A DNA stretch of 64,000 bases from Vulcanimicrobiota bacterium (GTDB taxonomy: Bacteria; Vulcanimicrobiota; Vulcanimicrobiia; Eremiobacterales; Eremiobacteraceae): positions 512,001 through 576,000 of the forward strand of contig CAWETU010000001.1 of NCBI GenBank assembly GCA_963812135.1, written 5' to 3'. Positions 41,434 to 51,847 of the stretch are shown piece by piece. Each line of letters opens with the position of its first letter. The stretch's first letter is position 1. The notes beneath the pieces were generated by a model that was given only the letters and a program-made list of their open reading frames with translations, ran no database searches and was not told the DNA's origin. The position numbers and the translations under genes were made by a program.

Positions 41434-44400
41434 ATGCGCCGATTATTTGATGCAATCATAATGTCTGTCGTCGTGCTCAGCGTCGCTGTCCCGGTCTTAG
41501 CGGACACACAACCGTACGCCAATCTGAAATGGCGCGCGATCGGGCCGGCGCTCTCCGGCGGACGTGCCGCAGCGGTCGCTGGCACGGATGCTGATCCGCT
41601 TCTTTACTATGCGGGAGCGGCCGGCGGCGGCATCTGGCGTTCCGACGATGCGGGCTCGACATGGACCGCGGTCTACGAAGACTTGCCCGTCAACGCGATC
41701 GGCGCGATCGCGATCGCGCCATCAAACAAGCGCGTCGTCTGGGTCGGCACCGGCGAATCCAATCCGCGCAACGACATCTCGTGGGGCGATGGCGTCTGGG
41801 TCAGCACAAACGGCGGCTCTTCATGGCAGCACCGCGGTTTGGAAGCGACCGCGCACATCTCCAAGATACTCGTCGATCCGCACAATCCCAACATCGCGCT
41901 GGTCGGTGCATTGGGCGACATCTTCAAAGACAGCGAGGAGCGCGGTGTTTTCCGGACGGTTGATGGCGGCAAGACCTGGACGAAGACGCTGTACGTCGGT
42001 CCGAGCAGCGGCGCATCGGATCTATCGTGGGATCCAAGCCATCCGAACATCGTCTACGCAGGCGTCTGGCAGATCCGCCGCTTGCCCTGGTCGCTGGAGA
42101 GCGGCGGGCCCGCTGGCGGCGTGTATCGCTCGAGCGACAGTGGACAGACGTGGACCAAATTGTCGGGCAACGGATTGCCGTCGGGTGACACCGGCCGCAT
42201 CGGCGTCGCGGTCGCGCCCAATCATCCGAATCGCGTCTACGCGCTCATCCAATCAAAAGAGGGCGTGCTGTGGCGCTCGGACGACGGGGGCAATCAGTGG
42301 CGGCTCGTCAGCTCGAACACGCTGCTCAACCAGCGGCCGTTCTATTTCAGCCGGCTGGTCGTCGATCCGACGAATCCCGATCATTTCATCGCGCTCTCCG
42401 AGTACATGGCTGAAAGCCGCGATGGCGGGCGGACGGCGAAGAAGATCGCGAAAGCCATCCATGTCGACAATCACGACGCATGGTGGTCGCGCGACGGCCG
42501 GCGGCTGATCGATGCGAACGATGGCGGCGTCGCATGGTCGATGGACGGCGCGAAGACGTGGAGTGCGGCCTCTAATATGCCGATCGGGCAGATCTATAAG
42601 CTTGGCTACGATGAGCAGGTGCCGTATCACGTCTGCGGCGGCCTGCAGGACAACACGACTTTCTGCGGCCCGTCCAACAGTAACGACGCGGGTGGCATCC
42701 TCAATCGCGACTGGATCAGCGTCAACGGCGGTGACGGCAACTTCGTCTGGCCGGATCCACTGGACCCACAGCTGGTGTGGAACGCGACGGAGAACGGCAC
42801 GGTCTCTATCTTCGATATGCGCTCCAAACAGAACGTCGATGTGGAGCCGTACCCGCGCGACTTCAACGGCATGGCGATCGAAGGCGTCAAATATCGTTGG
42901 AATTGGACGACGCCGATAACATTCTCGCCGCAAGACCCGCACATCGCGTATGTGGGCGCAAACGTCGTGTTCAAATCAACGGACCGCGGCCGCCACTGGA
43001 CCCCGATCAGTCCGGATCTCACGCTCAACGACAAGGCGCATCAGCAGATCTCGGGCGGCCCGATCAATCCCGACGTCTCGGGCGCCGAGGTCTACGACAC
43101 GGTGACCGAAATATCGCCGTCACCGGTGCAAGCCGGCCTCATCTGGGTCGGTACCGACGACGGCCTGATCCAATTGACGAGCGACGGGGGAGACCACTGG
43201 AAGAACGTCACGATGTCCGGCCTTGCTCCCTACGGCTTCGTGCAGAGTATTGATCCGTCGACGCATGCGGCGGGCACCGCATACGTCGCGATCGACCGGC
43301 ACACGATGGGAGACCGCGCGCCGTACGCATTCGTGACCGACGACTACGGCGCTTCGTGGCGATCGATCGCGGCGAACCTGCCGGCGGACCAACCGGTGCG
43401 TGCATTGCGGCAAGATCCGCGCAACGCGAATATCCTGTATGCAGGAACCGAGCAAGGCATTTGGATCTCTTTCGATCGCGGCACATCGTGGCAGTCGATC
43501 AAGTTGAATCTGCCGACCGCCTCGGTGCGCGATATCCGCGTGCACCCAGTCGCCAATGATCTCATCATCGCGACGCACGGGCGCTCGATGTTCATCCTCG
43601 ATGACCTTGCGCCGTTGCAAGACCTCCAGCCGGCACAAACCGCCGGAACGTATCTGTTCCAGCCGCGAACCGCGTATCTGTGGTGGCAGTGGACGAGCGA
43701 AGACCTGCAAGACAGCACGGTACCCGCGAACGAGTTCGCCGGCGACAATCCCGACGTCGGCGTGATGGTCTCGTTCTATCTCGCCAAACCGGCGCCAAAG
43801 CGCCCGACGATCGATGTGCTGGACAGCAGCGGACATCTCGTGCGCCGCCTCACCGGTACGCATCTCGTGAGCGACAAGCCCGAGTATTACGTCACCAACA
43901 AATCGGGCGTCAACCGCCTCACCTGGAACTTGACCGAAACTGGACCGGTCAAGCGCCTGAGCGCGCCCGCGAAGTATCAAGGATCGGACGACGGCGCAGT
44001 CGTCGTACCAGGCACGTATACGATCGTGTTGCGAGCGAATGGCCGAACTCTAAGCCGCAGCATCAAAGTCGTGGCCGATCCACGTTCGCCCTGGTCGCAA
44101 GCGGATTACATCGAGCGCTATCATTTCGACGTCGAGCTCAACAACGAGTTGTCACAGATCGATACGGCGCTCAACTCGATCGACGCGATCAGGCGACAGA
44201 TCAACGCTGCGCTCAAACCGCTGCGTGCAGCGGCGACGCCATCACCGGTCGTCACGCAAGGCGACGCGCTGCTCGCGCGGCTGAGCGCGCTCGAGTCGGA
44301 GATGACGTCGAACCCCCACAACGACGAAGACAGCATCCTGTACGCGGATAAGGTGCGCGAACGGATCCTTGCACTCCAAGGGAACCTCAGCGAGTCGCAG

Positions 44401-44553
44401 CAACCGCCGTTCGCAGCGCATCGCGAGCAGGCAGACGAAATCCACGCGGACGTCGAGCGGGTCTTGGGCGACTACCAGAAGCTAGTCGCGACGGACGTCG
44501 CGTCGTTCAATGCCGCGCTGCGCGTGGCCGGGATCGCGCCGCTGAAGTCATAA
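41434..44553 (+). CDS. Secreted VPS10/BNR-repeat beta-propeller protein (putative glycosyl hydrolase)
   Basis: Signal peptide; WRAIGPA..GGR; many S/T.DGG.TW Asp-box repeats; GGLQDN; ATHGRS. Confidence 0.88.
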   Translation: MRRLFDAIIMSVVVLSVAVPVLADTQPYANLKWRAIGPALSGGRAAAVAGTDADPLLYYAGAAGGGIWRSDDAGSTWTAVYEDLPVNAIGAIAIAPSNKRVVWVGTGESNPRNDISWGDGVWVSTNGGSSWQHRGLEATAHISKILVDPHNPNIALVGALGDIFKDSEERGVFRTVDGGKTWTKTLYVGPSSGASDLSWDPSHPNIVYAGVWQIRRLPWSLESGGPAGGVYRSSDSGQTWTKLSGNGLPSGDTGRIGVAVAPNHPNRVYALIQSKEGVLWRSDDGGNQWRLVSSNTLLNQRPFYFSRLVVDPTNPDHFIALSEYMAESRDGGRTAKKIAKAIHVDNHDAWWSRDGRRLIDANDGGVAWSMDGAKTWSAASNMPIGQIYKLGYDEQVPYHVCGGLQDNTTFCGPSNSNDAGGILNRDWISVNGGDGNFVWPDPLDPQLVWNATENGTVSIFDMRSKQNVDVEPYPRDFNGMAIEGVKYRWNWTTPITFSPQDPHIAYVGANVVFKSTDRGRHWTPISPDLTLNDKAHQQISGGPINPDVSGAEVYDTVTEISPSPVQAGLIWVGTDDGLIQLTSDGGDHWKNVTMSGLAPYGFVQSIDPSTHAAGTAYVAIDRHTMGDRAPYAFVTDDYGASWRSIAANLPADQPVRALRQDPRNANILYAGTEQGIWISFDRGTSWQSIKLNLPTASVRDIRVHPVANDLIIATHGRSMFILDDLAPLQDLQPAQTAGTYLFQPRTAYLWWQWTSEDLQDSTVPANEFAGDNPDVGVMVSFYLAKPAPKRPTIDVLDSSGHLVRRLTGTHLVSDKPEYYVTNKSGVNRLTWNLTETGPVKRLSAPAKYQGSDDGAVVVPGTYTIVLRANGRTLSRSIKVVADPRSPWSQADYIERYHFDVELNNELSQIDTALNSIDAIRRQINAALKPLRAAATPSPVVTQGDALLARLSALESEMTSNPHNDEDSILYADKVRERILALQGNLSESQQPPFAAHREQADEIHADVERVLGDYQKLVATDVASFNAALRVAGIAPLKS

Positions 44554-44970
44554 GCCGAACGCTTTGAGGATCACGCGCTTGGGGCGCTGACCGTCGAACT
44601 CGCCATAGTGGATGCGCTCCCACGGGCCAAGGTCGAGCGCGCCGCCGGTCACGGGCACGATCACCTGATGTCCTAAGATCGAGCGTTTGAGATGCGCATC
44701 GGCGTTGTCCTCGCCGGTGCGATGATGTTCGTAGTCGGGTTTCGCGGGCGCGAGATCTTCGAGCCAGTGGCCGATGTCAGACCACAAGCCCGGTTCGTGG
44801 TCGTTGACGAACACGCTGGCCGTGATGTGCATGGCGCTCACCAAGATGAAGCCGTCCTGCAGCTTCGACTCGGCGCGAACGCGCTCGACCTCCTCGGTGA
44901 TGTCGAGGATCTCGCGACGGCTCTTCGTGTTGATCGTGAGATATTCGGTATGGATAACCACGTCCGCCAC
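44548..44970 (-). CDS. YjbQ/UPF0047 family protein
   Basis: [35 protein letters not shown]. Confidence 0.92.
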   Translation of the reverse strand: MADVVIHTEYLTINTKSRREILDITEEVERVRAESKLQDGFILVSAMHITASVFVNDHEPGLWSDIGHWLEDLAPAKPDYEHHRTGEDNADAHLKRSILGHQVIVPVTGGALDLGPWERIHYGEFDGQRPKRVILKAFGL

Positions 44971-45014
44971 TCCGGAAGAGGACCCGCGCGCGCAAGCGCG
45001 GGACTAGCGTTTGC

Positions 45015-46229
45015 ATGGTGCCTTTTCCGCCGAACATCGAACACCTCGTGGACGCGCTCTATCCTCCCGCGCGCCAAGCGCTCGCGCTCGAAGTGGCGAA
45101 CACGGCGCGCCGGCTTTTCTGGCTCGGCGCTGCGCTCCAGCTCGCGATCTTCGCAGGGCTCTATTTCTCGGGCGCGACGACCTGGCTGCGTACGCGCGTC
45201 GAGCGCCTGACCCAAAAAGACAAACCGGCCACCACGTTGTCGCGACTGCTCACCGCGGCCGCGGTCATCGCTGCTGTGCTGCTCGCATCCGCGATCATCA
45301 TGCTGCCGCTCACCTGGTACGATTCGTTCACGCTCATGCACCAGTACGATCTCAGCCGCGAGACGCCCGCGAACTGGATGCATGACTGGGCGGTCGGTCT
45401 GGCGCTCGGCGTCCTGATCGCCGCGGTGCTCGGTGCGGTCTTCTTCGAACTCGCTCACCGATTCGAACGCGCGTGGCCGACGATCGCCGCTGTCCTTGCC
45501 GTCCCCATCGTCCTCGCGAGCGCTGTCATCTTGCCCGTGTTCATCGAGCCGCTGTTCAACACGTACACGCCGCTGCCGCCATCGCCGCTGACGAAGTCGA
45601 TCCTCGATCTCGCACAGCAGCACGGCGTCCACGCCTCGTCCGTCTACGTCTTCGACCTATCGAAGCAAGAGACGTCCGCGAACGCGTTCGTCTCGGGCAT
45701 CGGTTCCGTCGAGCGCATCGCGCTGTCCGACACGCTGCTCCAGACGTTCAAGCCCGATGAGGCCCTGTACGTAACCGCCCACGAGCTCGGGCATTACGTG
45801 CACGGCGATCTTTGGCGCGGCGCGCTGTACGAATGGCTGGGCGCGCTCGTGATGATCGCGTTCTTGTACTTTATAGCAGGCGCGATCGTCCAGCGGACGC
45901 CTTCGCTTGTGCGCGGTTTGAGCGATCCGGCGGGGGCGCCGTTGCTCTTCGGCCTGCTGCTGTTGTTCGGCTTGGCGGCAGAGCCGGTCGGCAACGCGCT
46001 GTCGCGCCAGATCGAGCACAACGCCGATGTGTTCGCCGCCGCCAACACGCATTTGGGCACGGCGGGGGTGCGCGCGTTCGCAAGACTCGGATCGCAAGGG
46101 CTCTCGACGCTGCATCCGGACCCGCTCGTGGTCTGGTACTTTTACACCCATCCGCCGCTCGACGAACGCATCGACTACGCCGCGGCCCATGCCGGGCTAA
46201 CGGGCGGCCGGTCGCCCGACGCGCAGTAG
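45015..46229 (+). CDS. M48 family (Ste24-like) membrane metalloprotease
   Basis: Multiple TMs, ANAFVSG, HELGH, EHNAD, THPP...RI. Confidence 0.92.
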   Translation: MVPFPPNIEHLVDALYPPARQALALEVANTARRLFWLGAALQLAIFAGLYFSGATTWLRTRVERLTQKDKPATTLSRLLTAAAVIAAVLLASAIIMLPLTWYDSFTLMHQYDLSRETPANWMHDWAVGLALGVLIAAVLGAVFFELAHRFERAWPTIAAVLAVPIVLASAVILPVFIEPLFNTYTPLPPSPLTKSILDLAQQHGVHASSVYVFDLSKQETSANAFVSGIGSVERIALSDTLLQTFKPDEALYVTAHELGHYVHGDLWRGALYEWLGALVMIAFLYFIAGAIVQRTPSLVRGLSDPAGAPLLFGLLLLFGLAAEPVGNALSRQIEHNADVFAAANTHLGTAGVRAFARLGSQGLSTLHPDPLVVWYFYTHPPLDERIDYAAAHAGLTGGRSPDAQ

Positions 46230-46322
46230 GGAGTTCGCGCCCGGGAAACTAACCTTGAGCGCCCGCGTCGCAGGGCGCCCTTGAGCGCCGGCGGGTTTCT
46301 CGTAATCGGAGGCTCGAGCATC

Positions 46323-47573
46323 GTGCGCTTTGCAAACGATCGGCATCATCGTCTTTTCGCATTCTTCGCCGGCATCACCGCGGCAGCGATCCTCGCCGCT
46401 ACGGGCGCTGCCAGCATCTCGCAACCCGCCGCCGCAGACGACGTCATCACGTTCGGCGCGGCGCTGTCGGCGACCGGGCGCGATTCGCGCGAAGGCGCGC
46501 TGACCAAAGAAGGCTACGATTTCTGGAAGGACTATGTCAACGCGCAGGGCGGCATCAAAGTCGCCGGCAAGCTGTACAAAGTCGACATCAAATATTACGA
46601 CGACGCGAGCGACCCGACGACGTCTGCGAAACTCGTCGAGCGCCTGATCACGCAGGATAACATCAAGTTCATCCTCGCGCCATACGGTTCGAGCGCAACC
46701 GCAGCTGCCGCAGCGATTTGCGAGAAATATCAAGTGCCGATGGTCGACCCAAACGGCGCCGCAGAAGTGATCTTCAGCCGCGGCTACCACTACACGTTCG
46801 CGATCCTAAGCCCAGCCAAGAAATATCTCGTCGGCATTCTCGAGCTCGCACAGACCATGAAGCCGCGGCCGACGACCCTCGCGGTGCTCGCGGCCAACGA
46901 CGCGTTCTCGATCGAAGTCGCGGGCGGTCTTCGCGACTACGCCAAGGGGAATGGCTTCAATGAGGTGTTCTATTCGGAATACCCGCCCGACACCAAGGAC
47001 GTTGCGACGCTCCTCACCCAGGTCAAGGCGAAGAATCCGGACATCATCCTTGGTTCGGGTCATTTGCAGGACTCGCTGTTGATCATGCGCGCGGCCAAGG
47101 ACCAGAACGTGCAATCGAAGATCATCGGATTCTCGGTCGGGCCGTCCACCCCCGACTTCATCACCAGCCTCGGCAACGACTCGAACGGCGTGATGGGCGG
47201 CGCCCAATGGACGACCGCGCTGACGTACACGGATCCGGTCTTCGGCAGTGCGCAGCGGTACACGCGGCTGTTCCAAGCCAAGTACGGCCATTTGCCGGAC
47301 TACCACAACGCCGAGTCGACCGCAGCAGGCGAGACGTTCCAGTACGCGATGCTCAAGGCCGGCAGCCTCGACCCGGCCAAGGTGCGCGACGCGCTCGCGA
47401 CGCTCGACATCGACACGTTCTATGGAAAGATCAAGTTCGACAGCCGCGGCGTGAACATGTATAAGCCGATGGCGGTCGAACAGATCCAAAAGGGCGCGCA
47501 CGAGACTGTGTGGCCGGCCGATGCGGCCAACGCGAAAGCGGTCTATCCGCTGCCGCCGTGGGGCAAGCGGTAA
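46323..47573 (+). CDS. Branched-chain amino acid-type ABC transporter substrate-binding protein
   Basis: SD GGAGG; VNAQGGI, YYDDASDP, APYGSS. Confidence 0.9.
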   Translation: MRFANDRHHRLFAFFAGITAAAILAATGAASISQPAAADDVITFGAALSATGRDSREGALTKEGYDFWKDYVNAQGGIKVAGKLYKVDIKYYDDASDPTTSAKLVERLITQDNIKFILAPYGSSATAAAAAICEKYQVPMVDPNGAAEVIFSRGYHYTFAILSPAKKYLVGILELAQTMKPRPTTLAVLAANDAFSIEVAGGLRDYAKGNGFNEVFYSEYPPDTKDVATLLTQVKAKNPDIILGSGHLQDSLLIMRAAKDQNVQSKIIGFSVGPSTPDFITSLGNDSNGVMGGAQWTTALTYTDPVFGSAQRYTRLFQAKYGHLPDYHNAESTAAGETFQYAMLKAGSLDPAKVRDALATLDIDTFYGKIKFDSRGVNMYKPMAVEQIQKGAHETVWPADAANAKAVYPLPPWGKR

Positions 47574-48450
47574 CGGCGTAGCCACGCTCTACATCCAAGT
47601 CCTCATCAACGGGCTGCTCGTAGGCGGCATTTATGCCGCCTGCGCGCTCGGTTTTTCGCTCGTGTGGGGCATCATGAACGTGATCAACATCGCGCATGGC
47701 GCGTTCATCATGCTCGGCGCGTACGCGTCGTACTGGCTGTTCGTCGGGCCGATGCACATGGATCCGCTGCTCTCCATCCCGCTTTCGATGGCCGTGATGT
47801 TCGTGCTCGCCTACATCATACAGCGCTTCATCGTGAACCAGGTGATCCGCGCGCCGATCCTCGCGACGTTCTTGCTCACGTTCGGCCTTTCGATCCTCAT
47901 CGCAAACCTCGCCCAAGTGCTCTGGTCATCCGACATCCGTTCGATCACCACGGCATACACGGGATCGGGCTTGGTGGTCGGCGGCCTGACGGTGCCGTGG
48001 GTGAGGCTGTGGACGCTGGTCATCGCCATCGTGCTCACGCTCGCACTGCAGGCGTTCATGACGCGCACCAAGATCGGGCGCGCGATCCGCGCCACGAGCA
48101 TGGACGTCGACGCGGCCCGCCTCTCCGGCGTTGATGTTGCGAACATCTACGCGCTGACGTTCGGCATCGGCGGCGCGCTGGCCGCGGCGGCGGGCTCGCT
48201 GATCAGCGTGTCGTACGCGATCACGCCGACCATGGGCGATTCGTTCGTCGTGCGCGCCTTCGTCGTGGCGGTGCTCGGCGGACTGGGCAACGTCACCGGC
48301 GCGCTCGTCGGCGGCTTGGTGTACGGCATCATCGAGTCGTTCGGAGCGCTTTGGTTCGGCGAGGGCATGAAAGACGTGGTCGCCATGGTCGTGCTCTTGC
48401 TGGTGCTGCTGTTCCGTCCGTACGGTTTGGTAGGAAGAGCGACCGCCTAA
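47521..48450 (+). CDS. livH: ABC transporter permease LivH-like (start uncertain)
   Basis: GLLVGGIYA..ALGFSLVWG..NVINIAHG, GRAIRA, VLGGLG. Confidence 0.88.
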   Translation: MRPTRKRSIRCRRGASGNGVATLYIQVLINGLLVGGIYAACALGFSLVWGIMNVINIAHGAFIMLGAYASYWLFVGPMHMDPLLSIPLSMAVMFVLAYIIQRFIVNQVIRAPILATFLLTFGLSILIANLAQVLWSSDIRSITTAYTGSGLVVGGLTVPWVRLWTLVIAIVLTLALQAFMTRTKIGRAIRATSMDVDAARLSGVDVANIYALTFGIGGALAAAAGSLISVSYAITPTMGDSFVVRAFVVAVLGGLGNVTGALVGGLVYGIIESFGALWFGEGMKDVVAMVVLLLVLLFRPYGLVGRATA

Positions 48451-49410
48451 ATGCAGGCTGGCCAGCGGCTGACATACGCGATCATCGCGCTGCTCGCGCT
48501 CTCGGCCCTGCTGCCTCCGCACCTCAACGGCAACTGGGTGCACGTGCTCACGCTGTTCTTCATGATGGCGTCGCTCGCCCAAGCGTGGAATCTGATCGGC
48601 GGCTATGCCGGCTATGCGAGCTTCGGCAACGTCACGTTTTTCGGCGTCGGCGCGTATTGCTGCGCGTATGCGATGAACGTGCTGCTGTGGCCGTTCTGGG
48701 GCGCGGCCCTGCTCTCGCTCGCGCTCGCGTCGGCGCTCGCCGCGCTGTTCGGCTGGCCGATTCTGCGGTTACGCGGCCACTACTTCGCGATCGCGACGCT
48801 GGGCATCGCGATCGGCATGGGGGCGCTGGTCGCCGAATTGCCGGCGCTCGGCAAGGGCAGCGGCATGACGTTGCCGATCAACAGCAACTTCCATTTCTTC
48901 TATTGGACGATGCTCGGCATCCTGATCTCGAGCATCGTCTTCACGGCGCTGATCTCGCGCTCGCGTTTCGGCTACGCGCTCGTCGCCATCCGCGAGAACG
49001 AAGAGGCCGCCGCGGTGCTCGGCATCAATGCGCCCCGCATGAAGGTCGCCGCATGGGCCGCGTCGGCCGCGATCACCGGTGCAGTGGGCGCGACCTACGC
49101 GTATTGGAACAGCTTCATCGATCCGCCGACCGTGTTCGATCTGAACTTCAACGTCCTTATGATCATCATGACCCTGCTCGGCGGCGCGGGCAGCGTCGTC
49201 GGTCCCGCGATCGGTTCGTTCATCTTGAGCGCCATCGGCGAATATCTGGGGGCGCAGTCGGTGTCGCCGTGGCACACGGTCGTGCTGGGCGCGATCATCG
49301 TCATCGTCGTCATCGTGCTGCCGCGCGGCATCATGCCGTATCTGACCGGCGGCCTGCGCGCATGGAACTTGAACGCGCTGCGCGCCCAGCTGCGGGCGAC
49401 GCGGATATGA
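48451..49410 (+). CDS. livM: ABC transporter permease LivM-like
   Basis: WNLIGGYAGYASFG, LRLRGHYFAIATL, AIRENE..A..LG, LGGAG. Confidence 0.9.
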   Translation: MQAGQRLTYAIIALLALSALLPPHLNGNWVHVLTLFFMMASLAQAWNLIGGYAGYASFGNVTFFGVGAYCCAYAMNVLLWPFWGAALLSLALASALAALFGWPILRLRGHYFAIATLGIAIGMGALVAELPALGKGSGMTLPINSNFHFFYWTMLGILISSIVFTALISRSRFGYALVAIRENEEAAAVLGINAPRMKVAAWAASAAITGAVGATYAYWNSFIDPPTVFDLNFNVLMIIMTLLGGAGSVVGPAIGSFILSAIGEYLGAQSVSPWHTVVLGAIIVIVVIVLPRGIMPYLTGGLRAWNLNALRAQLRATRI

Positions 49411-50183
49411 GCGCGATGGCGGCACCGGCGCTCGCGCCCGCGGTCGAGGCCAAGGATGTCGTCGTGCGCTTCGGCGGCCTGGTGGCGCTCGACGGCGTGT
49501 CGCTTTCCGTGGCGCGCGGTGAGATCTTAGGGCTCATCGGACCCAATGGCGCCGGCAAGACCACATTGTTGTCGGTGATGTCCGGCACGCAGCGCCCATC
49601 GTCGGGCGCCGTCTTCGTCGAAGGCCACGACATCACACGCGTGCCCACGTATCGCATCATCAGGCTGGGCTTAGCTCGCACGTTCCAAGTGGTCAAACCG
49701 TTCGCCAATCTGACGGTGCGCGAAAACGTCGCCGTCGGCGCGCTCTTCGGACGCCACGGCACAAGCCGTTCATCGCGCGCCGCATTCGCGGCTGCTGACA
49801 TGGTGCTCGAACGCGTCGGGCTGGCGCCCGAAGCCAAGCGAGCGGCGTCCGAGCTGACGCTCGCCGGCCGCAAGCGTCTCGAGATCGCCAAGGCGCTGGC
49901 GACTGATCCCGAAGTGCTGCTGCTCGACGAAGTGATGGCGGGCCTCACGCCGCATGAAGTCGATCGAGCGATGGATCTACTGCGCGACGTGAATGGCAAC
50001 GGTGTCACGCTGGTCGTCGTCGAGCACGTCATGAAGGCCATTATGGGCATCTCGCAGCGCGTGGTCGTGCTGCATCAAGGGCGACTCATCGCGCAAGGGT
50101 TGCCCGCAGCCGTCGTCGCCGATCCGCTCGTCATCGAAGCGTATCTCGGCACGCGGTATGCCGGAGGCGATCGCGGTGCTTGA
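49407..50183 (+). CDS. livG: ABC transporter ATP-binding protein LivG-like
   Basis: FGGLVAL, GPNGAGKTT, ARTFQ, LLLDE, VEH, EAYLG. Confidence 0.92.
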   Translation: MSAMAAPALAPAVEAKDVVVRFGGLVALDGVSLSVARGEILGLIGPNGAGKTTLLSVMSGTQRPSSGAVFVEGHDITRVPTYRIIRLGLARTFQVVKPFANLTVRENVAVGALFGRHGTSRSSRAAFAAADMVLERVGLAPEAKRAASELTLAGRKRLEIAKALATDPEVLLLDEVMAGLTPHEVDRAMDLLRDVNGNGVTLVVVEHVMKAIMGISQRVVVLHQGRLIAQGLPAAVVADPLVIEAYLGTRYAGGDRGA

Positions 50184-50877
50184 GGTCGCCGGCCTCGACG
50201 CGGGCTACGGTGAGGCGCAAGTGTTGTGGGATGTGTCGCTGCGCGTGGACGCGCGCGAGATCGTCGCGCTCGTCGGCGCGAACGGCGCGGGCAAGACCAC
50301 TCTGCTCTCGACGATCGCAGGGTTGGTCGCGCCGTCGCGCGGTTCTATCATCTTCGACGCCGCGGAGATCGCAGGGCGCACGCCCGAGAAAATCGTCGCG
50401 ACCGGTATCAGTCTGGTGCCGCAAGGGCGGCGCCTCTTCGGCGGCCTCACCGTGCACGAGAACCTGCTCATGGGCGCGTTTCACCGGCACGATACCGATG
50501 TTGCCGCCGACCTCGAGCACATCTACGGGCTGTTCCCGCGGTTGCGGGAGCGCGCCGACCAACTCGCAGGCACGCTGTCAGGCGGCGAGCAGCAGATGTG
50601 CGCGATCGGCCGGGCGCTCATGGCGCGTCCGAAGCTGCTCCTGGTCGACGAGCTCTCGCTCGGCCTGGCGCCGATCATCGTCCAGCAATTGCTCGAGGTG
50701 TTGGCCGGGCTGCGTCGCGACGGGATGACCATCGTGTTGGTCGAGCAGGATGTCCAAATCGCGCTCGAGACCGCCGATCGTGGGTACGTCATCGAGAACG
50801 GCCGGGTGACCCTCACCGGGCCCGCGAGGACCGTGCTGGCCGACCCGCACGTGAAGACCGCATATTTGGGGCTCTAA
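50158..50877 (+). CDS. livF: ABC transporter ATP-binding protein LivF-like
   Basis: GANGAGKTT, LSGGEQQM, DELSLGLAP, VEQ, AYLG. Confidence 0.93.
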   Translation: MPEAIAVLEVAGLDAGYGEAQVLWDVSLRVDAREIVALVGANGAGKTTLLSTIAGLVAPSRGSIIFDAAEIAGRTPEKIVATGISLVPQGRRLFGGLTVHENLLMGAFHRHDTDVAADLEHIYGLFPRLRERADQLAGTLSGGEQQMCAIGRALMARPKLLLVDELSLGLAPIIVQQLLEVLAGLRRDGMTIVLVEQDVQIALETADRGYVIENGRVTLTGPARTVLADPHVKTAYLGL

Positions 50878-50917
50878 GCCCCCGACGAGGCGGTTCCCGG
50901 GACGCAGCCAAGCGGTC

Positions 50918-50947
50918 TTGACACTATTTCTCCAAGAGTGATAGGCT
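50918..50947 (+). promoter_or_regulatory. Sigma70 promoter upstream of iclR
   Basis: TTGACA-18 nt-TAGGCT with TG extension, in an AT-richer patch. Confidence 0.6.
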
Positions 50948-50996
50948 ATTTCCACAATCCAAAAACCCGGGCCAGCCCCGGATGGAGCGAGTTGGG

Positions 50997-51815
50997 ATGG
51001 CCGATCCCGGTCCGAACGGAGAAACGGGCCGCCGCGAACGCGCCGGCGTGCAGTCGGTTGAGCGTACCCTCGACATCCTCGAGTCGCTGGTGGATTTCGC
51101 GTCGGAAGTGGGTCTTGTTGAGATCAGCCAAGCCGTCACCCTCCCGCTCGCGACCGTCCACCGCTTGCTTGGCACCCTCATCCGACGCGGCTACGTCAAA
51201 CAGAACCGCCAGAACCGCAAGTACTCGCTCGGCTTCCGCGCGCTGCAGATGGGCAACGACATGCGCCAGCGGTTCGCGCTGCGCTTGGAAGCGCGACCGT
51301 TCCTGCATCGCTTGATGGAGCGCACGGGCGAGAGCGCAAACCTAGCGGTGCTCGACGATGGCGAAGTCGTCTACATCGATCAGGCGCAGTCGTCGAAGAT
51401 CCTGCGCATGTTCACGCAGCTGGGCAATCGCGTGCCCGCGCACTCGACCGGCAGCGGCAAGGTGATGCTCGCGTTCGGCACCGCTGAAGCGACCGACGGC
51501 GTGATGCGGCGCTACGGCATGCCGCGACGCACGCCGCACACGATCGTCGACCCGCAGCTTTTCCGCGACGAACTCGCGCGCGTTCGCGCGCAAGGCTTCG
51601 CGCTCGACGACGAAGAGCATGAAGAAGGCGTGCGCTGCCTCGCGGTACCCGTGCGCGACGGCTCGGGTCAGGTGGTCGCGAGCCTGAGCGTGTCGGGGCC
51701 GGTGACGCGTCTCGGCGATCAGCAGATCCACGACTTCACCGCAGAAATCCTCGAATGCGGCGCGCAGCTGTCGGCCCGCATGGGTTTCGCACCCGCGGCT
51801 GTTGCGTCCAGCTAA
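50997..51815 (+). CDS. IclR family transcriptional regulator
   Basis: VQSVERTLDILE, ATVHRLL, GESANL, HSTGSGK.ML, GFALDDEE. Confidence 0.95.
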   Translation: MADPGPNGETGRRERAGVQSVERTLDILESLVDFASEVGLVEISQAVTLPLATVHRLLGTLIRRGYVKQNRQNRKYSLGFRALQMGNDMRQRFALRLEARPFLHRLMERTGESANLAVLDDGEVVYIDQAQSSKILRMFTQLGNRVPAHSTGSGKVMLAFGTAEATDGVMRRYGMPRRTPHTIVDPQLFRDELARVRAQGFALDDEEHEEGVRCLAVPVRDGSGQVVASLSVSGPVTRLGDQQIHDFTAEILECGAQLSARMGFAPAAVASS

Positions 51816-51847
51816 CAGCTGGGAACACTACTGATAAGGGGACCTCA

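Noticed and set aside
50948..50966. IclR operator-like TTTCCACAATCCAAAA
   Set aside because: Palindrome too imperfect to support
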